Positions 26,001 through 40,298 are shown, numbered from the whole stretch's first letter. The stretch: DNA of 63,715 bases, filler included, from Diploschistes diacapsis (GCA_023645945.1; 21 parts of 21 records of this genome joined end to end with filler, not necessarily neighbours in it); one strand, 5' to 3'. The notes: generated by a model not told the origin, from the sequence alone. Translations and numbers: made by a program.

Positions 26001-26098
26001 CCCAATGGTATGTTTTCTCCTCACAAGGCAATTGCGGTAAACCTAACCTGTGATAGGCACGGAAAAAGCAGATAGATGGTCTTTGGCGTAACAATTGA
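23089..26098 (+). CDS. EMC1: ER membrane protein complex subunit 1; exons 23089-23612, 23664-26007, 26057-26098
   Basis: Signal peptide, ALFQDEAYQIDFHYALLG, PQQ-like repeats, LGDRNVLYKF, TSTKQGIT, MESTSLVFAYGDLDVFGTRVSP..FDMLSKGF and a C-terminal TM segment. Confidence 0.93.
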
Positions 26099-27305
26099 TT
26101 ATAAAGAGTCACGGTTACGTTTACTCTGAACTGCTCATCCTCGGTGATTCTGAATCATAAGGTGCAGCTCAGCTAAAGGCTTGAGATATATCCTCGATAT
26201 ATGAAGCCGACGAATAGACAGACGCACTGGGTGCCATGTACAGATTCCACAACATGATATTCTTTCCCATCCCACAATTTACCCAATTTGACATATCGAA
26301 AAGAGCTTAGAGGGAAGTTTGTTATGATGATTATATAACTTCAGTCAGCGTCAGTATTACTTAGACATGGGGGCTTTTTGGGCAGGCCAGAACTCCCTCT
26401 TAGCATCTCCAGGAAGCAAGCGCCAACCTCTCGCTGCAACATTGATAGTGTAGCTACTAGGTTCGTCCTTTGGACCTTGCGCAAGGTGAACAGCCTCCTT
26501 CCAAAACCTTGCTATCCAGATTGTCTATGGTCAACCACGGTCATCCAGACGCCCGGGTTCGACTTGATACGGCTCATGCTCTCTCACATGTGTAACCTTG
26601 GCGAGGTTCTGCAAGCCCTGCGCGCATTTAAATGTAGATTGTGGATTTGAACATCTGACACTGAATGGATGTCTAAATAGGCTTGTACCGTTACATATAA
26701 GTAAAAGCATATAGAATCAAGGATGCTTCCGCTTCTGTGTACATAGCATTGTATGTAGGGATCAACAAGGCTTGCAATGGGTCAGTCGCCAGAAGTCGTA
26801 AGTCGCTCAATTCTTTTCCCTATGAAACTTTTTACACTCCCACTTTAAGTCCTCCGCAGAGCAACTCTAGATTACTTCCTTATCCTTCTCTTGCAACCTC
26901 TCCATTTTGGACCTTCTTGTTAGCTTGCTTATCCTTGCTCGTTATTTGCTTACCGGTGCGCATTGAGTATCTGCTGGTTCAGTGTTTTCAGACCTTGGGC
27001 GCACACACTCACACCTAGGGTGCGTCAGCAACGGTCGACCGAGTCCTAGCAACTCTATCGCCTCAGAGGTCAAGGAAAGCTGTATCAATCTGCAGCAGTC
27101 CGTTATTCCGGAGCTTCGAATCGTTTGTGTAAGTCTGTTGCACTTGCAAATACTCATTAACCGACACGTCCCCAGGATAAGAGATTATTGCTGCAGCGCT
27201 TCAGCTCTGAGCTGAGGTTCAATACCTTAAGCCTTAAAGCAACCATAGCTTTGATCCTCCTTCGACCTACCCCGCCAATTGATCTTAAGCTGGGTTACCG
27301 TTGTG

Positions 27306-30154
27306 ATGGACCCACGATATACCGGCCGCCGTTCACCGCCTCCACGGTACGGGCAGCCAGGCAGAAGCTCGACGGGTCGACTCGACCCTTACCCTCCGGA
27401 TTATGATAACTATTATGGCCCCCCGAGATCAAGTCGAGAGTCAATCGTGCCCGGACCACGATCCAGTGCAGAACAAGTTGGGGTTCCTCGATCAGATCCG
27501 CGTCTACATCGGGACCCTTTGGTTCGTGCGCCGCCGCGAGAGGCGCCGCCCCGCGATGACTATTACGTTCCCCCTCGTCGTGACCCTCTTCCATCTGCTG
27601 CTTCCCGTCGACCGTTGAGCGTCATCGCTAGCGCGGAGTCGCCAGGCAGATACCGACCAATCATCTCAAGTGCTGTCGATATCGTACCGAGCCCCTACAA
27701 ATCTCGGTCTCGAGAGGATGAGCCTTACTATGTTCTACCGGCTTCTTCTTCCCAACAGCATCAACGCTACTTCAGCGCAGGAGGTGAAGGCAACGGTCGC
27801 TTCATTGATGCCGGCAGAGATCGAAGACCCGAAAAAGGCGGCTATCGAAGCTCGGGGCCTTCCAAGGGCTCGATGGATTACCCCAGGAATGTACCTCAAG
27901 TCCGTGAGCCTAGGGACGCTCAAGATCGAGATTATGGCTACGAGTACACAAACAAGGAGGAACAGGTTTATCGTGACACAGCGCCTCGACTAAGGACACG
28001 GAGGGGTAGCGATGTCGGTCCCCGTGAACGGCCCTACAGTGTTGCAGGTGGAGTTGATGAGTATAAGAGACAGCCTAGAGAAGCCGGGCCTCCGGTGACC
28101 ACAAGAGGCTTCTTCAAGATTGATCCGAGCGGAACAGTTCGACACGAGTACCGTGTGCCAAGAGAAAATGATCCTCCACGTGAAGACAGTCTCGTCAGAA
28201 GCAGCCGGGATGATCGGGACCCTAACCGCTTACGACCACCTCATGGAAGTGTTGCTGTGCATCAAGACAACAATGATAGCTCATCGAATGTCGAGGAACG
28301 TCGCCATGATAAGCATCACAGACACAAGCGTAATGATAGTTTGGACAGGGACAGCGATCGAGGTCCAGGGATCCGCCATTTCGATGAGCGAAGATTTGAC
28401 GAGAGGGCAAAGACCCACCAAAGAGCCGAGTCGGAAGATAGACATCATCGTTCCCACCGTCATCGTGATACCTCAGAGGATCGTTTCGGGCCGAAGGGCC
28501 AGAGTCAACGCCATGAGCGTGAAGACCAAAGGGACCGCAAACATCGTGATGAGCCTCGTAAGGAGAAGCGTGACAGAGAGGACAGGCGCGAGAGAGACGA
28601 GAAGCCAGAGAAACAGGAGAAGCATGATCATCGAAAGCTTGCCGAAGGACTGGGCCTCGGAGCTGCTGCCACTAGCTTGGTTGCTGAAGCTATGAAGCAT
28701 CGCAACGCCAAGGACTTGTCGGACTCTGATAGTAAAGATGGCAAAGATAGGCCTCGCCGCCAAAATCGACGTCGTGCAGATGCTAATCAAGAGACGAACA
28801 GCCGTGGTAGCGAGACCGAAGAGGATCGTCGTGATCGGCGCAGGAGGCGGCGGAGAGAACGAGAGGAGAAAGAAAGGAAAGCTCGTGAGGAACAGGAGCT
28901 TGGAGCATCCAACAATAGTCCAAGGCCCAAAGATCAAGACCGTGGCTCTCAACCCAAAGAAGATAATGAAGAAGGCGAAGAAGAGAGCAATCGCCGCAGC
29001 CGTCACCGACACAGGAAAGAGCGGGACGGTTCTGCAGATTCGTTAATGGATGAGGCTGCTCGCAAGGATAAAGAAAGATCTCGGGTACGGGTTGTAAGTC
29101 CTCCCAAAGAGCCTGAAAAGAAGCCTAAGGGTATCCTACGTCCTCCCACCCAGAAGTTTCCCGAGGACCCTGCTCCAATCCGGGAAGGAGTAGCGCCGTT
29201 AAAGGACGCTGGGAAAAAAGGAATACCACCGGGCGCTCGCTGGACCAAGATCGATCGGCGTCTGGTTAATCCCGAGGCTTTGGAAGCCGGCAATGAACGA
29301 TACGAAGAGCGTCCTGACTACGTAATCGTACTCAGAGTGCTCTCGAAGGACGAAATTGAAAAGTACGCAGAGGTAACGCAAGCGCTTCGAGGTAAGTGAT
29401 TCTTCCGCTACTTGGGACATCTCGGGGAGAGGAAGAAAACTAAAAATGATCCTCAGACCGCCGCTCCCGCGCCTCCACCTCCGAAGCTCCCCGTGCCATC
29501 GAGGCCCGCGCCCACAACAATGGATACTCCTCCGACGAAGACCGTCCTCCTCTCCAAATCGCCAGCGCACCCTACAATCCCTCCGAATCCCTGCCGGTGC
29601 GCGACCGCTTAGTCGCCCAGGATCTGCAACCATCTCTGTCCAGCAAGCCGCCCGAAATTGCAGAAACCGTCGTCAACGCGCACCAGCGCCGCGCCGCGCA
29701 GGACGCTGCAGAGGATTACTCCGACCGAGGAGGCGGCGAGCGTGACAGACCCAGATTGCCGACGGGGGGAAGCTATCATCGCATCGCACCCCCCGATGTC
29801 CGGCCCGCCAGCAGCATTCCCATGTACCCCGGTGTTCCGTCGCCGGTGAGTGCGCCTATTAGTCACGATCCGTACGCACCGCCGCCGCCGGGGGTCAACA
29901 GCATAGACCCGGCTGCGAGCTGGCATGGCGGTATGGTAGCGGGTGGGTATCCGGCGGTGCCGGGCCCGGGAAGCGTGCCGCATGCATATAGTCAGGGCCA
30001 CACGCCGCCACCGCCGCTGGCGCCGTTGCAGGGAGTGCCGACGGGTCAGGCTGGGCTGGGACAGGGGCAGAGCCAGGGACCGCCGATCCCGCCGAAGGAG
30101 TTGGATCCGTATCCGAGCGTGAGCGAGGGGTATCAGCCGCAGGGGGTGCAGTAG
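27306..30154 (+). CDS. Conserved fungal Arg/Asp/Glu-rich disordered protein; exons 27306-29391, 29457-30154
   Basis: Long ORF with the conserved-looking block ARWTKIDRRLVNPEALEAGNERYEERPDYVIVLRVL. A GTAAGT...CAG intron joins in frame to a Pro-rich exon. Confidence 0.8.
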
Positions 30155-30747
30155 GTTAGAAGAGCAGAAGGGCCTGTGCTGGGAGAATATGTCCAGATGG
30201 GAGGTGGGAGATGGAGGTGGATAAGGCGGAAGGAAGCAGTCCAGGGTATATATTCCAGTTGAGGCGATGAAATGGTGGCATGGATGAAGCAGACGGTGGT
30301 AAATTGTTAGTCGACAAGGAGGGGTTTGATGTTGGGGGGGGGGGGGGGTAATGTCTCGTGAGGTGTGTGGAACCGGATGGATAGACAGGATGGGACGAGA
30401 CAAGATAAGAGGAGAGGAGAGAGAAGATTGCGTATTCAGGAAAGTTAGCAAAAGCGCCGTCAAGCGAGCCAGGGGCGTCATGGCCATGGCCACGGTCGTC
30501 GGCAGAAACGTTTGCGCAGCCATGCCGTCTAGGGATTGGATGGCATCGAGATGCGTCAGGTCAGGTCAGGTCAGGTCGGGATCCAGCACGGAAGGGCATC
30601 CACCTACCACCTACGAAAGACAAGCAAGCAGACGGGGGTTTGTTTGCAAGACTGAAGATGAAAACCCAATCAAATCCCACTTTTTCTTGGTCCAAGCCAT
30701 CCCACGTCGTGTTGAAATCCGAGCCTTTTTTTTTCTCCGTAAATTCG

Positions 30748-30773
30748 GTATGTATGTATGTATGTATGTATGT
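30748..30773. repeat. (GTAT)n microsatellite
   Basis: gtatgtatgtatgtatgtatgtatgt. Confidence 0.9.
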
Positions 30774-31641
30774 CACATGTATGCTAGCCCTTTTACGGGA
30801 TAGGAGATGTGGGGGAATGGGGAACAGAAAGCCCCGTTGGCGCGGTTGCTGGTAGTGATTGTTGTCGTTATTGTTGTCGTTTTGTTTTTATTCAACGTAT
30901 AACGATAACGATAACGATGGCGATGGCGTAGAAGGATGGGGCCTCCTTACTTGGGTCGGGTCGGGCACGCCTTTTCAACTCGGAGTTTGCCTACGGCGTT
31001 GTTGTTGGCCGGCGTGAGAAGGCGGTCTAGTATATAGTTTAGAAGAAGCCAAGTATATAGTATAGTAACATAGTATACATCCCTTTCTTCCCCAACAACC
31101 CTTTTTTTTTTTTTTATGAAATTTAAAAATTCGGGTTCCAATGTGGATTGGAACGTGCGAGCAACCCCTCTCTCTCTCTCTCTTTCTTTTCCNNNNNNNN
31201 NNNNNNNNNNNNNNNNNNNNNNNNNNNNNNNNNNNNTTAATTAATTAANNNNNNNNNNNNNNNNNNNNNNNNNNNNNNNNNNNNNNNNNNNNATGTAGAA
31301 GGGTTTTTAGACAAGTCCTTAAATTAACCCTCATTATAAACACAAGACGCGCTATCTAGAGAAACTTCTCTTACTATAATAGGTAGATAGTCGTAAGTAA
31401 TATAATAAGGAAATATAATATGATTTCGTAATCAACAATATACCTAAATAGGACATTTATAAAATATAAAATGCATTGCTTGTCTAGAGCTACCTAGCAG
31501 GCCTCCTTAAATGGAGCTGCCCTGTAGGGACTACCCCCACCAAGTCTGCCGCCTACTTTTATGTTTACAATAGTAAAAGCACGGACACGGACACTGTAAT
31601 TAAAAAATCTATAATATTAACACTAACACGGATATTATACT

Positions 31642-31804
31642 TGTAAGGCCTGCGGGGTTACACATCTGCCGCCTGCTGCCACAGCCACGCACCTACATAT
31701 ATTGTAATAGGGAAACAGTGCTTCGGGGTTCCTGAAAGCATTGTGTTAGTCTTTTGGCTCAGTGGGATAGCGCTACCCTATTAGGCACTACCCCCGCTGT
31801 TACA
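31642..31804. mobile_element. Solo LTR family B (reverse orientation) with TSD ATACT/ATATT
   Basis: Largely the reverse complement of 1722-1891. The flanking 5-mers differ by one C>T. Confidence 0.75.
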
Positions 31805-32047
31805 ATATTGATCACGACAGTAGTTAATTTTTTAAAGCGAATTAAAAATAACGACTCGAAAAAGCGGATTTTTCAATTTATTAGAATCTGCGATAACGGA
31901 GTAAAAAATATTTCTTTTGAATATATAATTACGAGCGATTTTATCCGTAGATTTTAATAAACACAATAAAAAACGCTTTTTCGACGTTATACTGTCGTTG
32001 TGTGGCTTTAATTTTTAAAATCTGACAGATTTTAAATGATTTAGGTA

Positions 32048-32480
32048 ACGTGTTTCACGGGGATTCCGGCCACCCCTAGATTCCGGCCACCTCAAATCAT
32101 TACTACCAACATTCTACGGTTTTTAAATACAACCTATTCGTCGCAATCAGAATCTAATCGATCTAAAACGAATCTATTTTCCTTTTTTTTATCTTTCTCG
32201 ATTTTAAAAACGCGACGACGTTTTTTACGCGTTATAGATCGTTTTAAAATTATCCGACTCGATTTAATCCGAATTATTATTTTAAAAATTTCGTTTATAT
32301 TAAGTATAAAACGATCTTTTAATTCGATTCGCTTGCCTGATTTACGTTTTTTTTAATTATTAAGAAACTTTTTTGCTCTCGGTTTTCTTTACGGAGCGTT
32401 ATAAACTTCATATAACATGTTTCACGGTCAGCTCGGCCACCCCCCAAGCTCGGCCACTTTTGCCAAGAAATCCTTTAAAT
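32048..32480 (-). mobile_element. Fot1/pogo end with a second TIR inserted at 32415
   Basis: TA|ACGTGTTTCACGGGGATTCCGGCCACC at 32048 and TA|ACATGTTTCACGGTCAGCTCGGCCACC at 32415. Confidence 0.75.
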
Positions 32481-35400
32481 NNNNNNNNNNNNNNNNNNNN
32501 NNNNNNNNNNNNNNNNNNNNNNNNTTAATTAATTAANNNNNNNNNNNNNNNNNNNNNNNNNNNNNNNNNNNNNNNNNNNNAAATAGAAGTATTATACGAT
32601 ACTTCCCGAACCGGAATAAAAAAACCTTTATAATAAATTCGACATCGCGAAGTAAAAACGCGGGTTAAGACGAATACTAACAAAAAAGAAAATAATTATT
32701 TTCTAGAAATCCTTAAAGAATAGTATTAATAATTATACCTCTTTTAAAAAGAAATAGATTTACGAGATTTACTTAAATATAAACCTTAGAATCACATCAT
32801 CGAATTTATAGATAAAAAAACCCCAAAATCCGGACCATTTTATAAAATATTAATTATGAAGTTGAAATTCCTTAAGCAATGGACTATTTAAAAAAGATAT
32901 ATTCGAAAATCTAAATTATTTAAATTATTTCCAATCATTTTCGTTCCGAAACTTGACGGTAAAAAAAGATAAAATTTTCGACCTTATATTGTAACAGCGG
33001 GGGTAGTGCCAAATAGGTAGCAACTATCCCACTGAGCCACAAAAGACTGAACATAATGCTTTCAGGAACCCCGAAGCACTGTTTCCCTATTACACTATAT
33101 ATAGGTACGTGGCTGTGGCAGCAGAGGGACCTGAACCCCGGTGCGCACACTACGGGTATTATAGCTATCTCCCTTCCCCACAGTGCTGGTCCCCAGCACC
33201 TACCACGTCTCATATAACGCCCCGAGTATGTTAAATATCCTAAACCGTTTCTAACATTTACGTCATAGACTTAGTGGCGGGGTTACCCAACGGGGACCAA
33301 CCGCAAACGGGAACCACCGGGACTAACCGCATGTTCTTATATGACGATCCAGTAGGGTACGCTCAGCCGTAGCGTAACAAATTCGATTATAATATAGGTG
33401 ACCAACCTTATGCTCGAACCACCGACCTAAGGAATGAAGTATAACTATAACAGCGGGGTTAGTGTTTAATAAGTAACAACTATTCCACTAAGCCATAAAA
33501 AACTGAATATAATGTTTTTAGAAACCACGAAGCACTGTTTCCCTATTACACTATATATAAGTGCGTGGCTGTGGCAGCAGAGGGACCTGAACGCCGGTGC
33601 GCACACTGCGGGTATTACATATATTGATATCCGGAAGCTTAATGTTATTACCGTGAAGAACCAATATTTAATATTGAACATTCAGGAATTACGAAATCGA
33701 TTACACGATATAAAATAATACACGAAAGTAGATCAATAAGTAAGTTTTAATCTTATTGGGATGGGGANNNNNNNNNNNNNNNNNNNNNNNNNNNNNNNNN
33801 NNNNNNNNNNNTTAATTAATTAANNNNNNNNNNNNNNNNNNNNNNNNNNNNNNNNNNNNNNNNNNNNTATAAGAACCCTTAGAGAATCTAAGCAATTATA
33901 AGAACAAGATAAAAGAATACCGCAAATTCATTTAACTTAAAGGGATAAAAGCTTTATCCTTTAAAGACCAATTCAACTAAACCGGCGACGTCGCGGCTAA
34001 TTTTAATAATTCTAAATCGAATTCCGAGGGCACGTCTTCTTAAACGTTCGTATACGCCTTAAATGATTCTAAGTCTAATTTCTTCGTCAAACATCTCGCT
34101 TGCGCGTCCGTACGATTTTCCGCCAACTTAAAAACCTTTTAATTATAACGAATACGACGTTTGCGCTAAAAACGACGATCTTTAATCTTACGGAATTACT
34201 TTTCGAGCTCTTTCTCTTACTTATTATTCTCGTTAATAAGCTTTTTATCCTTTTCGATCTCGTCTTTCTTCGAAAGAATGATCCGTTCAACTACTTCTTA
34301 TATAATAGAAATACAATCCTTTCTACCGGATTCAACACAGCGAGCGTATTTTATTAAAATAAAAAACATCCTGATACAGTCGTGAAAAAATAAACAATAA
34401 TTATAAAATAATATATCTAAAAAACCTCGAAAACGAATAATAAAGCTTAAACGTTTCTTTTATATCGAAGATAAAGAAAACATCGCTGTTCTATAACTTG
34501 AGATTTTCTTTTATTTAATACTTATGTTTATCTTTCGGTGCTTATCGGGCCGATAAGGCTAAAGGTGGAAAATAGTGTTACGATCTAGGATACTAGGCGA
34601 GTCATTTGGTACGTTATAGCTAGTCGGGCACTTCCCAATCATTTTTTATATATAATCTAATCATAGTGACATCAGATTACGTAATAAGTAAAAAGCCTTA
34701 AAAACTATTCTACTCTTTTATAAATAAAATAAGAGAACGGTAATTTTATTTATCTATTAATTTACTTCGTTAAAGAATAGTTGGTGTTTGACAACGTAAT
34801 GGATATATTGAAGTCTAGAGGTCTTATCCTAGGAAGTATTTTATTGTATAGACTTTCATATTTTACGGAACTCGCTAAGCCTTATTGCCTATATTACACC
34901 TAATCGGTTTAATTACGATTCCACCGGATTTTATAAGGTTTAACTAAACTAAACTGAACTGAACCTCGGTAAGTTCACCTGAACTGAACTTCTCGGGTTC
35001 TCCCAGTGAACCTTTTAGAATAAGCCGAGCTCACAGCCATGCCTTCCGTCTGCCNNNNNNNNNNNNNNNNNNNNNNNNNNNNNNNNNNNNNNNNNNNNTT
35101 AATTAATTAANNNNNNNNNNNNNNNNNNNNNNNNNNNNNNNNNNNNNNNNNNNNAGATTAAAATGGGTTTAATCTCTATTAAAAAAAGAATATAATAAGA
35201 AAAGAAAATAGAACAATTATAGATCTTAAATTATTTTTAGAAAAAAGGTTCTTTAATAATAAAAATAACGAATATAAATTAATCCCGAATAATAACTAAA
35301 GATATTTATAAAAGTAAATACATTCTTTTTCACGAAGATAAAGTCGTGCTTATATATAATCAACTCGCTCGCCGTTTACTACAAATCCAGCGAGCGATGT

Positions 35401-35864
35401 CCTCGAAACTTGCCGCTTACAAAAATAAACGCGATTATCGAACGATAACGAAACCCGCTCGCCGCTCACGGGAATGAGCGCGAGCAGTAAGCGCATCACG
35501 TGACCCCTGGTCCCGTGACTGATCTATATACAAAGCTAAGACGTGCCAAGTCTGGTACTTGGATTGTAACAGGATTGTTGGCTATATAAGAACTTTTATT
35601 ATAACTTTTTTAAATTCTGATATATTTATTTTTATAAACATTCCTAATCATTACTCGGGATCAATTTATATTCGTTACCTTTATTATTAGAACCTTCTTT
35701 CTAAAGACAGTCCAAGATTTATAATTATTCTATCTTTTTTTCCTGTTTGCACTCTTCTTCTAAACGAGACCAAACCTACCTTAATCAATACCTCGTGTCT
35801 ATCTTGTAGAGATAGAGATCATAACACGTGTTAATCTTAATATTTTAAAAAATTTAATAATAGA

Positions 35865-36013
35865 ATGCGTGTCCGTGATTTTATTATAATATAATATCTT
35901 ATTAGTGTCCGTGTTTTAAAATTTTAGTTATAGTGTCCGTGTTAGTATCCGTGTTTTAAAAATTTTTGCTGCAGTGTCCGTGTCAGTGACCGTGGCACGA
36001 AACGGCCAGCCTA
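35865..36013 (-). mobile_element. hAT-like element end (reverse)
   Basis: ...GTGTCCGTGTCAGTGACCGTGGCACGAAACGGCCAGCCTA is the reverse complement of the 8169 terminus. Confidence 0.7.
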
Positions 36014-38414
36014 ATATAAAGATTTTAGATACGATTATTTAAAATATTAAAACGGGAAGTATGTCCTATACGACAAATTAGTTATTAACGTAACGTTCGA
36101 ACGATATTACGAATATGTTTTACACGATATTTGATATTAGGATTATAACTTCATATATGACTACACCGACAAGAACTATAAAACTTATTTATATAATATC
36201 GGTAGAACGGGAGAATTATCATTAATAGCATTAATAAAGGAAAGGATAATCATTTAAGAGTTTATTTCGCTTATTAGACGTGATTGTATGGAAAATATAA
36301 GCATCCGTTTTATTATATATATATAAATCTAAGGAATTGTCNNNNNNNNNNNNNNNNNNNNNNNNNNNNNNNNNNNNNNNNNNNNTTAATTAATTAANNN
36401 NNNNNNNNNNNNNNNNNNNNNNNNNNNNNNNNNNNNNNNNNTATTCCTTTCGTATATTTAAAAAGTTCGATATTAAGTACGATGTTTCGAAATACTTCAT
36501 TAATATAACATACAAAAAGATAAATCGAAAGGTACGCTTTAGCGATAAACTTAATTTAAATACTAATATTATTCTAAAAGGCTCGTCTGTATAGAAAGAA
36601 ACAAAATTATAAAGGATGATTTCAGCCGCAAGAATAGTACTAAACGACGAATATTTTAGTTTTATTATCTTAAAGTTTTTATAAATACCTAAAAAAGAAC
36701 GCCTCACGAAAGAACGGAAACAGGCCTTAAATATAAACAAACAATTTACGAAAAAAGAAAGAATTTTATTATTAAAAATACTATCAAATCGGGAAACGAC
36801 TTTAACCTAAGATTTCTCCCATATAAGACGCATACGCACAAAAGTTGCGCCGCTTTAAGAAATCGACACCATCGATCACGAAACTTAATAGGTAAAACCC
36901 TTTCGAATTCTAAAAACTTTAGAGCCGGTAGTGATCAAGATGCTTTAAAAAAGAATCGATGTTAGAATATTAAAATACTATTAAGGACCGTACCGGAATC
37001 TATAGTTTCTAATAACCAAAACTGATCCTAAGAAGTACAAAATAATAAATACGGCGATACATATTAATAAAATAATTCGTCGGGACGCGAACTTGTTTTT
37101 TAATACGAATGATTTTATAAAATCCTTCGTAACATAAGCCGTGGGTTCTTTAATAGACATATTCTTAGAATACGATTAATACATTTTTCATAAAAGGTCT
37201 CGTAATCTTACGGCTTTCGCCACTCCCTTAGATCTATTAAGAAATATTATCCTATTATATGTTACGATCCAAGTACCAGACTTGGCACGTCCCAGCTTTG
37301 TATATAGATCAGTCACGGGACCTGGGGTCACGTGACACGTTCACTACCCGCGCTTATTCTTATAAGCGGTAAGCGAGTTTCGTTATCGTTCGACGGTCGC
37401 GTTTATTTTCGTAAGCGACGAGTCTCGAGGGTATCGTTTATTAAGTTTATAATAAGCGGCGAGCGAATTAATTATATATAAACACGATTCTATTTTCGTA
37501 AAAAAAAACGTGTTTATTTTTATAAATATCTTAAGTTATTGCTCGGGATTAATTTATATTCGTTATTTCTATTATCTTAAAACCTTCTTTTTAGAGATAG
37601 TTTAAAATTTATAATTATTTTATTTTCNNNNNNNNNNNNNNNNNNNNNNNNNNNNNNNNNNNNNNNNNNNNTTAATTAATTAANNNNNNNNNNNNNNNNN
37701 NNNNNNNNNNNNNNNNNNNNNNNNNNNGTATTAAGTAAGTAGATAGAAAAATAAGTTTGTTATGAAGCCAACAAACAACCGAATAGTTATATAAACAAGT
37801 AGATTTTATTTTATTATAATTATAAACTTTTAGAGTTTTATGATACCCTTTCTTTCCATTATGCAACCCATTTATTCCCGTTTTCTTCTTCTTTCTTCTT
37901 CTTTTCTTCTTCTTCTTTCTCTTTCAATTTTTCTTCTTCCTCCTTCTCTTTTTCTTTTTCCTCGTCCTTTTCCTCTTTCTCGTCCGGAGAAGACGTAAAT
38001 TTTCTTATTTTCTAATAATTTATCCTTTCTTTTGTTATCGTGTCGAAGAAGCTTTTTCTTATAAGATTATAAAGCCCCTATTCCGCTGACCGAATGATAA
38101 GAAAGTATTACTTTAATACCAAAATTATCTTTACGATTTACTTTCGTAAGTAAATATTTCTGATTTTTAGGCGGAAAATCTTTATTTATTTTTCCATAAT
38201 TACCGGATCCGTTCATCTTTTTTTCCCTACCAATGCGTCCGAGATTGCTTCAAACTCGGTAACCTAAGTCGCTACTTTAAAAAAATACGGCACGCTTTTA
38301 TACATATTATGAAATCCGGAAGACGACGAAAATCCAAATATAAAATTTTTATACGTAATAAACAATTATTCTCACGTATCGGTACCGATAATGTTTAAAA
38401 CTTAATAATCTATT

Positions 38415-38913
38415 TTTTGGGCAACGCATGTATTGAAGTCTAGATATCTAGAGATCTAGTAGTCTAGCTAGAAGGAAGAGTCTACATACAAGCTTCTTAT
38501 ACCAATGGGATCCACTAAGCCCTACAGACTTGCACTACTCCCGATTAGGATTAGCAGGAACCCCAATAGGTTCAACTGAACTGAACCTAAACCTGAAGTT
38601 CAGCTGAACTTCCCAACCATACATTCTACCTGTCTATTCAATACTCCCCCACGGGCGAAACCATCGGCATGTTCATCTAGTTCAGCTGGATGCCTTCTAT
38701 ACTAATTCAAATTTTTTAATAAATATATCGTGTTTAGCGTAATTCAGTGGTTTCGTTAATCCGTCGGCAATTATCTTGTCTATAAATATATAAATAACAT
38801 TAATACGACCTCGTTTAACCAGATCCCGTACGTAATAATAAATAATATCGATATACTTTGACCTATCGTTGATCCTCGCGTGCTTTATTAAATCTAAAGA
38901 ATCAATATTATCT
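38415..38913 (-). mobile_element. Ty1/copia 3' end (RNase H tail plus family-C-like LTR)
   Basis: Minus strand reads 'DRSKYIDIIYYYVRDLVKRGRI...IIADGLTKPL', followed by a PPT and an LTR similar to 3101-3315. Confidence 0.8.
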
Positions 38914-39013
38914 NNNNNNNNNNNNNNNNNNNNNNNNNNNNNNNNNNNNNNNNNNNNTTAATTAATTAANNNNNNNNNNNNNNNNNNNNNNNNNNNNNNN
39001 NNNNNNNNNNNNN

Positions 39014-39445
39014 ATATAAGATATTCGTGATTCTGAATAAGAAGCTTTCGCCGTAATTCGTTAATTTTTTTAAAATTCTAAAACGACTGAGTAAGCTCGT
39101 TTATAATCAGAACTTTTTTAACATTATAGAATACACGATGTCATTAATATAACATATTTAGAACCTATCTTAGATCCCGTCGGCGATCTTTATTACTGCC
39201 GATTCGTGCTTTTACCGTTTATGACCGTCGATTTAGAGGAAGGTTATTATGAAATATATAAGTTATTGGTTAAGAAGAGATTCGGAAAGGGTAGAGGTTG
39301 AAAGATAGAATATTTGGTACGTTGAATAGGATATAACGCTAGCGATGATATGTAAATATTTAGTAAAGAGTTATTACGATATGTTAAGGATTTAGTCGCC
39401 GACTACGAACGGATATATGAAGAGTTAATAAAGGTTGGATAAGAT
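39014..39445 (+). mobile_element. Ty3/gypsy chromovirus integrase C-terminus with chromodomain (RIP-mutated)
   Basis: 'YYEIYKLLVKKRFGKGRG*KIEYLVR*IGYNASDDM*' matches chromodomain EYLVRWxGY..DDxW with TGG codons mutated to stops. Confidence 0.75.
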
Positions 39446-40298
39446 TAAAGATAAGATATAAATAAGGACATCGAGGGCGATTACGGGGGTTTTAATCTTT
39501 TAAAAGAGTTAAAGTTGTAATGTTATTTAAGAGTTTTTGGTAAGCTTTTGTCGGAGGGTTTTTTAGGATAAATGGTGAAAAGAAGGATTGTTTAGGATTA
39601 TTATTAACGAGGATATAAGCTAGTTATATACTTATGTGGGTATAAGTTTTTAATGGACGGGGAGATTATGGTAATCGTTGAATTAGCTGGTGGATTGTTT
39701 GGGATTATTGTTAAGGTAGGTAATGCCGATCTCGCTGCCGAGGCATCATCTATGACGACGGTGCTTGGCATCTACTGTATATAAGTAGATTTTGCTCCAG
39801 ATTAGCTACAAATCTACACTCACTTCTCTCACTAGATTTCTCTGCCAACTGTATACCTCATCTTTTAATTATTATTATTATTGCTGTTGTTATTGTTGTT
39901 GTTGTTATTATATAGAAAAATTTGATTAGGTAATTATTCGATTTTACTAATTATTATAAAAATAATAACATCATTCCGTTCTATATGTCTATTTATTTAT
40001 CGTACATTTTTTAACTTTTTAATATCGAATATTTTAAACCGTTTAAAACTGCGTACGATAAAGAAATCGAGTAAATAATACGTTCGTAAATTATATATAT
40101 TATTAAAGATAACTTCATTCTTATGTTTAAACGGGTTTTTTATGTAATTATAAATCTAAAAAACGTATAAATAAGATTTTAGACTATTAAGCTTATTCNN
40201 NNNNNNNNNNNNNNNNNNNNNNNNNNNNNNNNNNNNNNNNNNTTAATTAATTAANNNNNNNNNNNNNNNNNNNNNNNNNNNNNNNNNNNNNNNNNNNN

